DNA of 52,510 bases from Faecousia sp. (lineage in GTDB: Bacteria; Bacillota; Clostridia; Oscillospirales; Oscillospiraceae), in NCBI GenBank assembly GCA_045659585.1, contig JAZOXB010000027.1, forward strand, positions 1-52,510, written 5' to 3'. Shown here in pieces: positions 1-8,728 of this stretch. A program made the translations under genes and the position numbers. The notes below the pieces were generated by a model. The model had not been told where the DNA came from. It made no database searches and saw only the letters and a list, made by a program, of their open reading frames with translations. Positions within the stretch are counted from its first letter, which is position 1; the number at the start of each line of letters is the position of its first letter.

Positions 1-138
1 CTGAAGCGCTTTAAGAGATCCTGCCAGAAGGATGGCGTGATCGCTGAAGTTAAGAAGAGAGAGCATTATGTCAGCCCCAGTCTGAAGCGTAAGCAGAAGT
101 CCGAGGCAGCTCGTAAGAACAAGAGAAGAGGTTTCTAA
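1..138 (+). CDS. rpsU: 30S ribosomal protein S21, 5'-truncated by the window edge
   Basis: Frame 1 reads [45 protein letters not shown], which carries the S21 LKRFKR...REHY..PS.KR signature. Confidence 0.95.
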   Translation: MKRFKRSCQKDGVIAEVKKREHYVSPSLKRKQKSEAARKNKRRGF

Positions 139-161
139 TTATCCCTCATCGCTTTGTCTTC

Positions 162-189
162 AAAGCACCCTGCTTGCAGGGTGCTTTTT
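162..189 (+). terminator. Intrinsic terminator after rpsU
   Basis: AAAGCACCCTGC-TT-GCAGGGTGCTTT inverted repeat ending in a T tract. Confidence 0.8.
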
Positions 190-233
190 CTATACACTGC
201 TTCCTTTTTAAGGGTGCTATGGAGGATGGAATT

Positions 234-1214
234 ATGAAAAGCATGACACAAGCAATCATACAAAAGATTCGGGAAGGTCAGTCTGTGGTACTATGTACCA
301 TTCTTGCTTCTTCCGGCTCTTCTCCGCGAGGCGCCGGGGCCCGTATGGCTGTTTTTGCAGACGGTACGACTATGGGTACCGTAGGCGGTGGACAGGTAGA
401 GTTTTTGGCATCACAAGAAGCCATGGAGGTTATGGAAAGCGGAAATACCGCTATCCGTTCTTTTGATCTTGCTCCTGCACAGGTGGCCTCTATCGGTATG
501 ATTTGCGGTGGAAAGGTTACCATCTATTATCAGCTCCTTACAGTTGCGGAACTTCCTGTATTGCTGGATATGGAAAAAGCGCTGTCTACCGATGAGAATG
601 CATGGATTTATTTGCGGATCAGAGAAGGTAGGGTAGAGACATTCCGTGTTGTATCCGGAGAGGAAGCTTTGCGGGATCCTAAACACTTTGCTACCAAGGC
701 TGTTCTTGTAGAAGGGGATCTTGTAGAATATTATGAACCTCTTATGCGTGCCGGGCGAGTTTATATCTTCGGCGGCGGTCATGTAGGACAGGCCTTGGTT
801 CCGGTACTGGCAGGAGTAGATTTCCGTGTGACCGTGTATGATAAGCGGAAGGAGCTTGCCACCAAGGAACATTTTCCCAGTGCGGAAGAGGTCATTTACG
901 GGGATTACGAGAGTATTTTTGATAAAGTCACCTTAAAGCCCTCGGATTATGTTGTGATCATGACTCCGGGACATGAGTCGGACTATGCCCTTTTGGAGCA
1001 GGTGCTTCGTTGCGAGACTTCCTATGTGGGCTGTATCGGATCTCGCTATAAGATCGCACGGACTCAGGCTATGCTTCGGGAGGCGGGAATCTCCGAGGAG
1101 CGGATCAAGAGCGTTCATTCTCCCATTGGCCTTCCTATCGGAGCACAAACTCCTGCGGAGATCGCTATTTGCATTGCCGCGGAGATGATCCTCCACCGCT
1201 CTCAGAATCCATGA
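234..1214 (+). CDS. XdhC/CoxI-family molybdoenzyme maturation protein
   Basis: GSSPRGAGARM, GTVGGG, GMICGG, IFGGGHVG, YVGCIGSRYK and SPIGLPIGAQTPAEIA motifs; GGAGG RBS at 221-225 supports the ATG at 234. Confidence 0.9.
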   Translation: MKSMTQAIIQKIREGQSVVLCTILASSGSSPRGAGARMAVFADGTTMGTVGGGQVEFLASQEAMEVMESGNTAIRSFDLAPAQVASIGMICGGKVTIYYQLLTVAELPVLLDMEKALSTDENAWIYLRIREGRVETFRVVSGEEALRDPKHFATKAVLVEGDLVEYYEPLMRAGRVYIFGGGHVGQALVPVLAGVDFRVTVYDKRKELATKEHFPSAEEVIYGDYESIFDKVTLKPSDYVVIMTPGHESDYALLEQVLRCETSYVGCIGSRYKIARTQAMLREAGISEERIKSVHSPIGLPIGAQTPAEIAICIAAEMILHRSQNP

Positions 1215-1918
1215 TGCAGCGTTGGAGTGAAGATACCATCCGTTTTATGGAGGATGCATCAAGTTACGGAAATTATCATAAAGAACTGGCCGATATTCTT
1301 TTAAACTATTTGCCTGTTGACGGTCACATTTGTGATGCGGGCTGTGGTTTGGGACATTTGGCTTTGGAACTGGCTAAGGAATGCAGAGCGGTTACTGCGG
1401 TAGATGCATCCGCCGATGCCTTGCGTGGCATCTTGTCCCGAGAGCTTCCGGATAATCTCTGTGTGTTGCAGGGAGATATTTTCGCCATGGAAGATCGGTA
1501 CGATGCTATGGTCTTCTGCTATTTCGGAAAGACAAAAGAGATCCTTCGCCTGGCTTCCTTGGGACGAACCCAAAAGATTCTTGTAGTGCGACGGGATTGC
1601 GGTGTCCATAGCTTCTCTGCTTCCGCGGTACAGCGAAAGGATCATAGTATCAATGAGCTGACTGCAGTTCTGGAGGAAAAGGGGATCCCGTATTTCTCAC
1701 GTAATATTTCTTTGGAATTGGGGCAACCCTTCCGCACTATGGATGACGCCTTGCGGTTTTTTAGTCTGTATAATAAGAGCGATCGGCCGATCGTACCTGA
1801 GATGCTGGAGGAACGATTGGTGAGGACGGAGCGGGAAAACTTTCCTTTGTACTATCCCAGTGTCAGAAATATGGAACTGATCGGTTTTGAGACAAAAAAT
1901 GTTTTAGAAAAAGTGTGA
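1211..1918 (+). CDS. Class I SAM-dependent methyltransferase
   Basis: ICDAGCGLG motif I and VTAVD motif II; ATGA overlap with the XdhC stop codon. Confidence 0.85.
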   Translation: MMQRWSEDTIRFMEDASSYGNYHKELADILLNYLPVDGHICDAGCGLGHLALELAKECRAVTAVDASADALRGILSRELPDNLCVLQGDIFAMEDRYDAMVFCYFGKTKEILRLASLGRTQKILVVRRDCGVHSFSASAVQRKDHSINELTAVLEEKGIPYFSRNISLELGQPFRTMDDALRFFSLYNKSDRPIVPEMLEERLVRTERENFPLYYPSVRNMELIGFETKNVLEKV

Positions 1919-1925
1919 TTTTTAC

Positions 1926-1954
1926 TTGCATATTAGGGTTATTCGTGGTATAAT
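1926..1954 (+). promoter_or_regulatory. SigA-type promoter for the small peptide / nucleotidyltransferase pair
   Basis: TTGCAT-17 nt-TATAAT with extended -10 TG. Confidence 0.75.
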
Positions 1955-1983
1955 GTGGCGGAAAATAAGATGGAGGTATGCGT

Positions 1984-2109
1984 ATGAACGAAATGATTGA
2001 AAAACTGAACTATGATTCTCCCTCTGCTCAGATTCTGATCTTTCCGGAGCAGGACATTGTGACTACCAGTGGTAACGGTCCGATTATCCTTCCCGATGAT
2101 GAGTGGTAA
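1984..2109 (+). CDS. 41-aa small peptide, RiPP-precursor-like (MNEMIEKLNYDSPSAQILIFPEQDIVTTSGNGPIILPDDEW); not in the ORF track
   Basis: Promoter directly upstream, GGAGGT RBS at 1972-1977, ATG at 1984, TAA at 2107-2109; YxxP...DIVTTS leader-like pattern. Confidence 0.75.
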   Translation: MNEMIEKLNYDSPSAQILIFPEQDIVTTSGNGPIILPDDEW

Positions 2110-3250
2110 AGAGCAGGCCACCCTTTTACAAGGGAACGAGTACCATTATTTGATCCACTTGCTTCGTTGTGCGATCCATAGAGACATTCCCGAGGAACTG
2201 CCTGAGGGAATGTCTTTTCAAAAGGTCTATGACTATGCTATGGAACATGATGTGGCGAATTTGGCATTCTATGCTGTGGAGAAATTGAATCGCAAACCGG
2301 ATGACGAGCTATATGCCATGTGGAGCCGTCGCAGGGATCTTGCTCTTGTGCGAGATATGAATCAAGACTTTGCCAGAGAAGAGATTGTCAGTGCGTTTGA
2401 AGAGCGGGGGATCCCTTACAAAGAGCTTCAGGGAACCGTCCTGAAAAAGCTCTACCCAAGACCGGAATACCGCACCATGTCGGATATTGATTTTATCGTA
2501 GAAAAGTCCCGCTTGGCAGAGTGTGGTCGGATCCTTTCTAACTTGGGATACCAATGTACTAATTATGGCGATTTTGAGATCGTTGGTAAGCGAAAGCCTT
2601 TGATTTGTGTTGAGCTTCATACGGACTACTTTCCAAAGGACTCTGATTTCTATGGGAGCATGGGGAAGCCTTTTGATACGGGGGAAATAACGGAGCAGGA
2701 TCAGCTGAATGAGTTGTACCTGTATAATGTCCTTCATACTGCAAAGCATTACTTCTGCGGAGGTTGTGGGATACGACGCATATTGGATATGTATTTCCTT
2801 GATAAAGATTTCGGAAATAAAATCTACCGGGAACCCATTGATGCTTGTTTGAGAAAGGCGGAACTTCTTTCCTTTGCCGAGGAGATTTCACTGCTTGCTC
2901 AACAATGGTTTGGGGAGTGTGTGTATTCTGACACTACAGAGCGTATGAGTCGGTTTGTTACGGAAGCCGGACTTCACGGGACTCGTGAGAATTTTATTCA
3001 TAGCAGGCTGACGAGACTACAGGAAGATCGTCCTTTCACTTTGGGAACCAAAATAAAATATATTTTGTCTAAGATGTTTCCCGGTGATGATATTATGTTG
3101 GATCATTATCCTATTTTAAATCGGTGTAGATTCCTTTATCCTGTTTTGTGGATCCATCGGATCTTCAAGATGTTATTGGGAGGCAAAAATCGATCAATCT
3201 CTTTTTTGGATCTGAAACTGGTGCTCAAATCTAAGAAGGATGATCGATGA
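2096..3250 (+). CDS. Nucleotidyltransferase family protein (NTP_transf_5-like)
   Basis: LQGTVLKKLYPRPEYRTMSDIDF, VELH and HTAKHY..GGCGIRRILD motifs; start overlaps the end of the peptide gene (ATG at 2096 or 2099). Confidence 0.85.
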   Translation: MMSGKEQATLLQGNEYHYLIHLLRCAIHRDIPEELPEGMSFQKVYDYAMEHDVANLAFYAVEKLNRKPDDELYAMWSRRRDLALVRDMNQDFAREEIVSAFEERGIPYKELQGTVLKKLYPRPEYRTMSDIDFIVEKSRLAECGRILSNLGYQCTNYGDFEIVGKRKPLICVELHTDYFPKDSDFYGSMGKPFDTGEITEQDQLNELYLYNVLHTAKHYFCGGCGIRRILDMYFLDKDFGNKIYREPIDACLRKAELLSFAEEISLLAQQWFGECVYSDTTERMSRFVTEAGLHGTRENFIHSRLTRLQEDRPFTLGTKIKYILSKMFPGDDIMLDHYPILNRCRFLYPVLWIHRIFKMLLGGKNRSISFLDLKLVLKSKKDDR

Positions 3251-3267
3251 AGGAATGACCTTACCTC

Positions 3268-3302
3268 ATCCGGGGATCTCTAAAGGGATTCCCGGATTTT
3301 TT
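3268..3302 (+). terminator. Intrinsic terminator
   Basis: ATCCGGGGATCTC-TAAA-GGGATTCCCGGAT hairpin followed by a T tract. Confidence 0.75.
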
Positions 3303-3321
3303 CTTATTGTCAAAATAATAC

Positions 3322-3349
3322 TTGATTTTTGAAAAATCTATGCTATAAT
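3322..3349 (+). promoter_or_regulatory. SigA-type promoter of tRNA-Val
   Basis: TTGATT-16 nt-TATAAT with TGn extension, 10 nt before the tRNA. Confidence 0.7.
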
Positions 3350-3359
3350 ATCTACGCAT

Positions 3360-3436
3360 GGAGGCTTAGCTCAGCTGGTTAGAGCGCCTGCTTCACACGC
3401 AGGAGGTCACTGGTTCGAGTCCAGCAGTCTCCACCA
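3360..3436 (+). tRNA. tRNA-Val(CAC)
   Basis: Acceptor stem GGAGGCT/AGTCTCC, D arm GCTC..GAGC, anticodon arm CCTGC-TTCACAC-GCAGG, GGTTCGAGTCC T arm, encoded CCA. Confidence 0.97.
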
Positions 3437-3438
3437 GG

Positions 3439-3472
3439 AAAACCGCTGTTGCTCTGCAACGGCGGTTTTTTT
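3439..3472 (+). terminator. Intrinsic terminator after the tRNA
   Basis: AAAACCGCTGTTGC-TCT-GCAACGGCGGTTTT followed by further Ts. Confidence 0.85.
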
Positions 3473-3476
3473 CAGC

Positions 3477-3556
3477 GAAATCCGTCCTTGCGGACGGAAT
3501 AAATCCACCTGCGGCGGATGAAATCACTATGTGATGAAATCCGACTCCGTCGGATG
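3477..3556. repeat. Array of four abutting short hairpins, each opened by (G)AAATC; REP-like
   Basis: Stems TCCGTCC/GGACGGA, ATCCACC/GGCGGAT (one mismatch), ATCAC/GTGAT and ATCCGAC/GTCGGAT; units 2-4 close with GATG. Confidence 0.7.
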
Positions 3557-3607
3557 TTGGGATGGTTTTTAAGATAATATTTCTTTCCCATAAGGAGGTC
3601 CATTCCT

Positions 3608-4348
3608 ATGAGTAAAAATGAGCTGTACTATCATAAACACTATACTGCCCGTTGGCGTGGCCCGGAGGATCCTTGGTGCTGTGAATACTCCGGTACCCCT
3701 ATAGAGACGATTCGTTTTGATTACGAGACAGACCCTCGTAGTATGATCATTCGATATCGCTCCGGAGAGGAATACACTTGGGGAAGCAAGTATATAACTT
3801 CTTATATCGGTCAGTTTGGGATCTCGGTATCTCCTGATGGTGAAAAGGTGTTTCTACAGACCTGGGAAACCGGACTGTTCTGCTTTTCTGCCCGAACAGG
3901 GGAGAGACTCTGGCGTACCAAATCCCGCCGGGGTGTTACGAATATTTTTGTAGGGGAGGATACCCTTACAGTACAACTACATGATTATGGTATGATGCTC
4001 CTGTCTATGGAAACAGGAGAGGTTCTGAAAGAAAAACGACCTTACGGTGTTTGGGGTTTCACTGCCATAGATCATCGATATTTGATTGCCGGCCATCGCA
4101 AGTGGGATCTGATCGAGGCGGAGACACTTGAGGTTAAAGAGCGCTTCTCCGACAAGGTTTTTACAGGGGGACATACAGATTATACGGTGAATCATATTAG
4201 TCTTGGAGCGGACGGACTGATCTGCGTCAAGGGATTCCATGTAATCAACGACTATTCGGTAAGACCTGTAAAAACAATAGAAACTTTACATTTTGAGCAC
4301 TTTGTAGAATCGGAAATATTGCAACTTGGAGGGAGCAGTGACCTGTGA
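3608..4348 (+). CDS. Hypothetical protein, PQQ-like beta-propeller repeats
   Basis: AAGGAGG RBS; repeated strand motifs VSPDGEKVF, FSARTGERLW, LSMETGEVL and IEAETLEV. Confidence 0.6.
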   Translation: MSKNELYYHKHYTARWRGPEDPWCCEYSGTPIETIRFDYETDPRSMIIRYRSGEEYTWGSKYITSYIGQFGISVSPDGEKVFLQTWETGLFCFSARTGERLWRTKSRRGVTNIFVGEDTLTVQLHDYGMMLLSMETGEVLKEKRPYGVWGFTAIDHRYLIAGHRKWDLIEAETLEVKERFSDKVFTGGHTDYTVNHISLGADGLICVKGFHVINDYSVRPVKTIETLHFEHFVESEILQLGGSSDL

Positions 4349-4998
4349 TCAAGTACCTTTGGAATAGCATATTAGAACTTTTGTATCCGCGGAAATGTGT
4401 CCTTTGCACGAAGATCCTTTCTCGAAACGAAACCGATCTTTGCACAAAGTGTCACATGGAAACACAGCGAGTTCCACATGCTGTGTCTCGTGGGAAACAT
4501 TTTGGGTACTGCTATAGCGTTTTCTATTACAAGAAAGATGTTGCATCCGCGGTGAAAAAACTGAAATTTTCCGGAAAACAGCTTTACGCTGATGCCTTTG
4601 GAAGACTTTTGGCCATGAAACTCTTGGAGGAGCGTGTATCAGCGGACATGATCACATGGGTTCCCGTAAGCCGAAAGCGGAAGAGAAAACGTGGCTATGA
4701 TCAGGCAGAAGAGATCGCCAAAGCGGTAGGTCGTGAATTGGGGATCCCTGTGAAAGGACTCTTGTGCAAGGTTCGCCACAATTCTGCACAGGCTCAGATA
4801 GGAGATCACAGACAGCGGAGAGCGAATGTTGCCAATGTTTACAAGGTGATCGATCCCGGTAAGGTGTGCGGAGGCAGGATCCTGCTGATCGACGATGTCA
4901 TTACCAGTGGTGCGACCCTTGACGAATGTAGCAAGATCCTGTCCGAAGCCGGGGCCGAATCTATTGTTTGCGGAACCTTTGCCGCCACGGGGGGTTAA
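4345..4998 (+). CDS. comF: ComF family protein (zinc ribbon plus PRTase domain)
   Basis: LYPRKCVLC..CTKC, RGYDQA and ILLIDDVITSGATL motifs. Confidence 0.9.
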   Translation: MIKYLWNSILELLYPRKCVLCTKILSRNETDLCTKCHMETQRVPHAVSRGKHFGYCYSVFYYKKDVASAVKKLKFSGKQLYADAFGRLLAMKLLEERVSADMITWVPVSRKRKRKRGYDQAEEIAKAVGRELGIPVKGLLCKVRHNSAQAQIGDHRQRRANVANVYKVIDPGKVCGGRILLIDDVITSGATLDECSKILSEAGAESIVCGTFAATGG

Positions 4999-5870
4999 AT
5001 CATACACCGTTCCATAGCGGCAAAGAGTTTCTTTCTTCCTTCAGTTGACAGGGGAGTCAGGGGGAGCCTGAGAAATTCCTTGCACAATCCCTGAGAGGCC
5101 AGTGCCCCTTTGATCGGAATGGGATTCACTTCGCAGAACAGAGCCTCTATTAGGGGTAAATATTGGAGCTGCAGTTGTGCAGCTCTTTTATATTGCCCTG
5201 CAAAACATAGATCAGTCATGGCTTTTACTGTTTCCGGACAGAGATTGGATAATACGGATATGACACCGCATCCTCCCAGAGACATGATGGGAACAATCTG
5301 ATCATCGTTTCCCGACCATAGGAAGGAGTTAGGCAATGCGCACAATTGGGCTGTTTGGCTGATATTTCCTCCTGCGTCTTTTATGCCATTGATCCGAGGG
5401 TGAGTGGAAAGCCTGCGACAGGTTTCTGTACTCATGGATAGACCGGTTCGGGAGGGAACGTTATAAGTGATGACCGGCAGGGTACTGCTTTGGGCAATGG
5501 TTCTGTAATGCTCTACCAACCCGTCTTGGGTACATTTATTATAATAGGGAGTCACTGCCAGGAGGGCATCCACACCGCACCGCTCAGCAGTTTGAGCCAG
5601 ATCGGCGGCAGTTTGGGTACTGTTGGACCCTATGCCTGCAATTATTTTGCAGGTTCCGTCTACATAGTGGACGCAGTGCATCCAAATTTGGGCTTTTTCC
5701 TCTTTGGATAGGGTACTGCCTTCTCCCGTGGTTCCGCATAGGACAATTGCCGGGATCTTGGCATCCAGTTGCTTTTTCAGAAGCAGATCCAGACTTTTAA
5801 AATCGATCCCGTCTTGATCAAAGGGGGTTACAAGGGCTGTGGCAGTTCCGTAAAATACAGGCTCTTTCAT
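4995..5870 (-). CDS. dapA: 4-hydroxy-tetrahydrodipicolinate synthase
   Basis: TALVTPF, CGTTGEGSTL, VTPYYNK, YNVPSRTG, GIKDA and NPIPIK motifs; GGAGGTG RBS before the ATG at 5870. Confidence 0.95.
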   Translation of the reverse strand: MKEPVFYGTATALVTPFDQDGIDFKSLDLLLKKQLDAKIPAIVLCGTTGEGSTLSKEEKAQIWMHCVHYVDGTCKIIAGIGSNSTQTAADLAQTAERCGVDALLAVTPYYNKCTQDGLVEHYRTIAQSSTLPVITYNVPSRTGLSMSTETCRRLSTHPRINGIKDAGGNISQTAQLCALPNSFLWSGNDDQIVPIMSLGGCGVISVLSNLCPETVKAMTDLCFAGQYKRAAQLQLQYLPLIEALFCEVNPIPIKGALASQGLCKEFLRLPLTPLSTEGRKKLFAAMERCMI

Positions 5871-5887
5871 AAAAACACCTCCCATAT

Positions 5888-5915
5888 ATCATATGGAAGC
5901 TTTTGGAGAACAGTG
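5888..5915 (-). promoter_or_regulatory. Candidate SigK/SigE-type (mother-cell) promoter of dapA
   Basis: Minus strand reads cACt-16 nt-CATATGAT, close to the B. subtilis SigK pattern mACm-N16-CATAnnnT. Confidence 0.4.
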
Positions 5916-5925
5916 AATATTTCTG

Positions 5926-5954
5926 TTGCATTATTTGAAAATATAGGGTATAAT
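5926..5954 (+). promoter_or_regulatory. SigA-type promoter of queA-tgt
   Basis: TTGCAT-17 nt-TATAAT. Confidence 0.7.
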
Positions 5955-6018
5955 GAATTGGATATAAACATATAAGTGATCGATTCTTAGCCCCAAAGGA
6001 GCGAAAGGTGGAAATAGA

Positions 6019-7041
6019 TTGAAAACCAGTGATTTTTATTATGACTTACCTCCGGAGTTGATTGCCCAGACTCCCTTACAGCAACGAGACAGCTCTCGTT
6101 TGCTTGTCATGGACAAGGAAACCGGCGGTTTGAACCATAAGCAGTTTTTCTCTGTGCTGGATTATCTGCAACCGGGAGATTGCCTTGTAATGAACGACTC
6201 TCGCGTTTTACCTGCGCGGTTGTTAGGACACAGACCTACCGGCGGTGCGGTGGAGATCCTCCTCCTGACACAGAAGGAAGGGAATGTTTGGGAATGCCTC
6301 GCCAAACCGGGCAGAAAGCTGAAGGAAGGGGCAGAGGTCATCTTCGGCGACGGAGCCTTGACTGCCAAGATCGTTGGTGAGACAGAGACCGGTAACCGCC
6401 TGGTGGAATTCTTCTATGAAGGGATCTTTCTGGAGCAATTGGAACGGTTGGGGAAAATGCCCTTGCCTCCCTACATTAAGGAGGAACTGGAAGACGGCGA
6501 ACGGTACCAGACCGTTTATTCCAAGATCAACGGCTCTGCGGCGGCTCCTACTGCGGGACTCCATTTTACCAAGGAGCTTTTACAGCAGGCGGAAGCCAAG
6601 GGTATCAGACTTGCCTTTGTGACACTCCATGTAGGTTTGGGAACCTTCCGCCCCGTAAAGGTGGATGACGTGACCAACCATCATATGCATTCGGAATTCT
6701 GTATGATCTCTCGAGAGACCGCTGACATCCTCAACGATACCAAGGCCAAGGGTGGTCGTATCATATGCGTGGGAACCACTTCCTGCAGAACCTTGGAATC
6801 CTTGGCACGGGAAGACGGCACCTTTGCAGAGAGCTCTGCATGGACCGAGATCTTTATTTATCCCGGTTATCGCTTCAAGGCCATGAACGGACTGATCACC
6901 AATTTCCATCTTCCCGAGAGCACACTGATCATGCTGGTATCTGCTTTTGCGGGCTATGACCATGTTATGCAGGCTTACGAGGAAGCGGTGAAGGAAAGAT
7001 ATCGTTTCTTCTCCTTCGGTGATGCCATGCTTATTATTTAA
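6019..7041 (+). CDS. queA: S-adenosylmethionine:tRNA ribosyltransferase-isomerase
   Basis: [41 protein letters not shown] and [10 protein letters not shown] motifs; TTG start. Confidence 0.97.
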   Translation: MKTSDFYYDLPPELIAQTPLQQRDSSRLLVMDKETGGLNHKQFFSVLDYLQPGDCLVMNDSRVLPARLLGHRPTGGAVEILLLTQKEGNVWECLAKPGRKLKEGAEVIFGDGALTAKIVGETETGNRLVEFFYEGIFLEQLERLGKMPLPPYIKEELEDGERYQTVYSKINGSAAAPTAGLHFTKELLQQAEAKGIRLAFVTLHVGLGTFRPVKVDDVTNHHMHSEFCMISRETADILNDTKAKGGRIICVGTTSCRTLESLAREDGTFAESSAWTEIFIYPGYRFKAMNGLITNFHLPESTLIMLVSAFAGYDHVMQAYEEAVKERYRFFSFGDAMLII

Positions 7042-7069
7042 GCGAATCTGATTTAACGAGGTAACAAGT

Positions 7070-8206
7070 ATGTTTGAAGTATTAAAGACGGAAGGCTCTG
7101 CTCGTCGCGGCGAGTTTACCTGTGCTCATGGCACGGTACAGACGCCTGTTTTTATGAATGTCGGCACCCAGGGTGCCATTAAAGGGGCTCTCAGTGCAGA
7201 GGATCTGAAGAACATTGGCTGTCAGGTAGAGCTGTCCAATACCTATCATCTTCATCTTCGTCCCGGTGACAAAGTCGTTCGAGATATGGGTGGACTCCAT
7301 AAGTTCATGACATGGGATGGTCCCATTCTGACGGACTCCGGCGGATTCCAGGTGTTCTCCCTGTCTTCTCTCCGTAAGATCAAAGAGGAGGGGGTCTATT
7401 TTGCTTCCCATTTAGACGGTAGAAAGATCTTTATGGGACCGGAAGAAAGCATGCAGATCCAGTCTAATTTAGGTTCCGATATTTGCATGGCTTTTGATGA
7501 ATGCATCGAAAATCCTGCTCCTTATGATTATGTCAAAAAGTCTATTGACCGTACTTACCGTTGGTTGGTTCGTTGCAAAGAAGAGAATGCTCGTCTTAAC
7601 AGCTTGCCTGATACGGTAAATCCTCAGCAGATGCTTTGGGGCATCAATCAGGGTGGAACCTATGGGGATCTTCGCGTAGAGCATATGAAGCGGATCGCTG
7701 AATTGGATCTTCCCGGCTATGCCATCGGGGGCCTTGCGGTAGGCGAGCCCACACAGGTTATGTATGATATCATCGAAGCTGTGGAACCTCACATGCCCAA
7801 GGAAAAGACCCGTTACCTTATGGGCGTAGGTACTCCCTCCAATATCATCGAGGCGGTAGCTCGTGGCGTGGACTTCTTTGATTGCGTAATGCCTGCCAGA
7901 AATGCCCGCCATGCAAAGCTCTTTACATGGAGCGGTAGTCGCAATCTGAAGAATGCCCGGTATGAACGGGATGACAGACCCATTGACGAGGAATGCGATT
8001 GCCCTGTTTGCCGCCGCTATTCTCGTGCATATATCCGCCATCTGTTTAAGGCGGAGGAGATGTTGGCTATGCGTCTTTCCGTTATGCACAATCTGTATTT
8101 CTACAATAAGCTGACTCAACGGATCCGTGAGGCACTGGATCAAGGTACTTTCGATGAATTCCGAGGAAAATACTCTGCTCGTCTGGATCGAAAGGCAGAG
8201 GATTGA
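7070..8206 (+). CDS. tgt: tRNA-guanine transglycosylase
   Basis: TPVFMNVGT, NTYHL, TDSGGFQVFSL, GVDFFDCV and the CDCPVC zinc site. Confidence 0.97.
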   Translation: MFEVLKTEGSARRGEFTCAHGTVQTPVFMNVGTQGAIKGALSAEDLKNIGCQVELSNTYHLHLRPGDKVVRDMGGLHKFMTWDGPILTDSGGFQVFSLSSLRKIKEEGVYFASHLDGRKIFMGPEESMQIQSNLGSDICMAFDECIENPAPYDYVKKSIDRTYRWLVRCKEENARLNSLPDTVNPQQMLWGINQGGTYGDLRVEHMKRIAELDLPGYAIGGLAVGEPTQVMYDIIEAVEPHMPKEKTRYLMGVGTPSNIIEAVARGVDFFDCVMPARNARHAKLFTWSGSRNLKNARYERDDRPIDEECDCPVCRRYSRAYIRHLFKAEEMLAMRLSVMHNLYFYNKLTQRIREALDQGTFDEFRGKYSARLDRKAED

Positions 8207-8234
8207 GAAAATCTTTGAAATATTTGAAAAACAC

Positions 8235-8263
8235 TTGCAAAACGGGATCTTATCTTGTATAAT
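8235..8263 (+). promoter_or_regulatory. SigA-type promoter of yajC
   Basis: TTGCAA-17 nt-TATAAT. Confidence 0.65.
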
Positions 8264-8295
8264 GCATGTATTGCTAAAAATTGGAGGATATAACT

Positions 8296-8652
8296 ATGGA
8301 AAGCTATGGTAGTATGTTTGTTGTTCTGATTGCAATGGTTCTCTTTATGTGGCTCGTTATTTGGAGACCCGAGAACAAGCGCAAGAAAGAAGAAGAAGCT
8401 ATGCGCAACGGTCTGACTATTGGTGACAAGATCACCACTATTGGCGGTATCGTCGGCAAGATCGTTGAAGTTGACGGAGATTCCATCGTGATCGAGACCA
8501 GCAAGGATCGTGTTCGTATGGAGCTGAAGAAGTTCTCTGTTCATTCCAATGATACTGCAGCGGAGAAGGCTAAGAAGGCTCGTGCAGAAGCTCAGGCTGC
8601 TGCAAGAGAGCGTGCTGCTCAGAGAAAGCGGGACAAGGAGAACAAGCTGTAA
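8296..8652 (+). CDS. yajC: Preprotein translocase subunit YajC
   Basis: N-terminal TM helix, RPENKR, GDKITTIGGIVG; follows tgt; GGAGG RBS. Confidence 0.92.
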   Translation: MESYGSMFVVLIAMVLFMWLVIWRPENKRKKEEEAMRNGLTIGDKITTIGGIVGKIVEVDGDSIVIETSKDRVRMELKKFSVHSNDTAAEKAKKARAEAQAAARERAAQRKRDKENKL

Positions 8653-8681
8653 TACAACGGCATAAACTGTATACTGCGAAT

Positions 8682-8728
8682 AAAAGGCTGTTTTGAGGAT
8701 CCTGAGAGATCTTCAAAACAGCCATTTT
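8682..8728. terminator. Bidirectional terminator between convergent yajC and NUDIX genes
   Basis: GGCTGTTTTGAGGATC / GATCTTCAAAACAGCC stem flanked by A and T tracts. Confidence 0.75.

Noticed and set aside
1984-2109. Canonical lasso peptide call
   Set aside because: Only three residues follow Asp9 of the putative core, and no lasso cyclase or B protein is in the window; kept only as RiPP-like
3477-3556. CRISPR mini-array
   Set aside because: No identical repeats with unique spacers, units are only about 16-24 nt, and no cas genes are present
3360-4348. Integrative element at tRNA-Val
   Set aside because: No integrase gene, and I saw no duplicated tRNA 3' end elsewhere in the window
5955-6018. 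preQ1 riboswitch upstream of queA
   Set aside because: The leader lacks the preQ1 stem-loop and A-rich tail consensus
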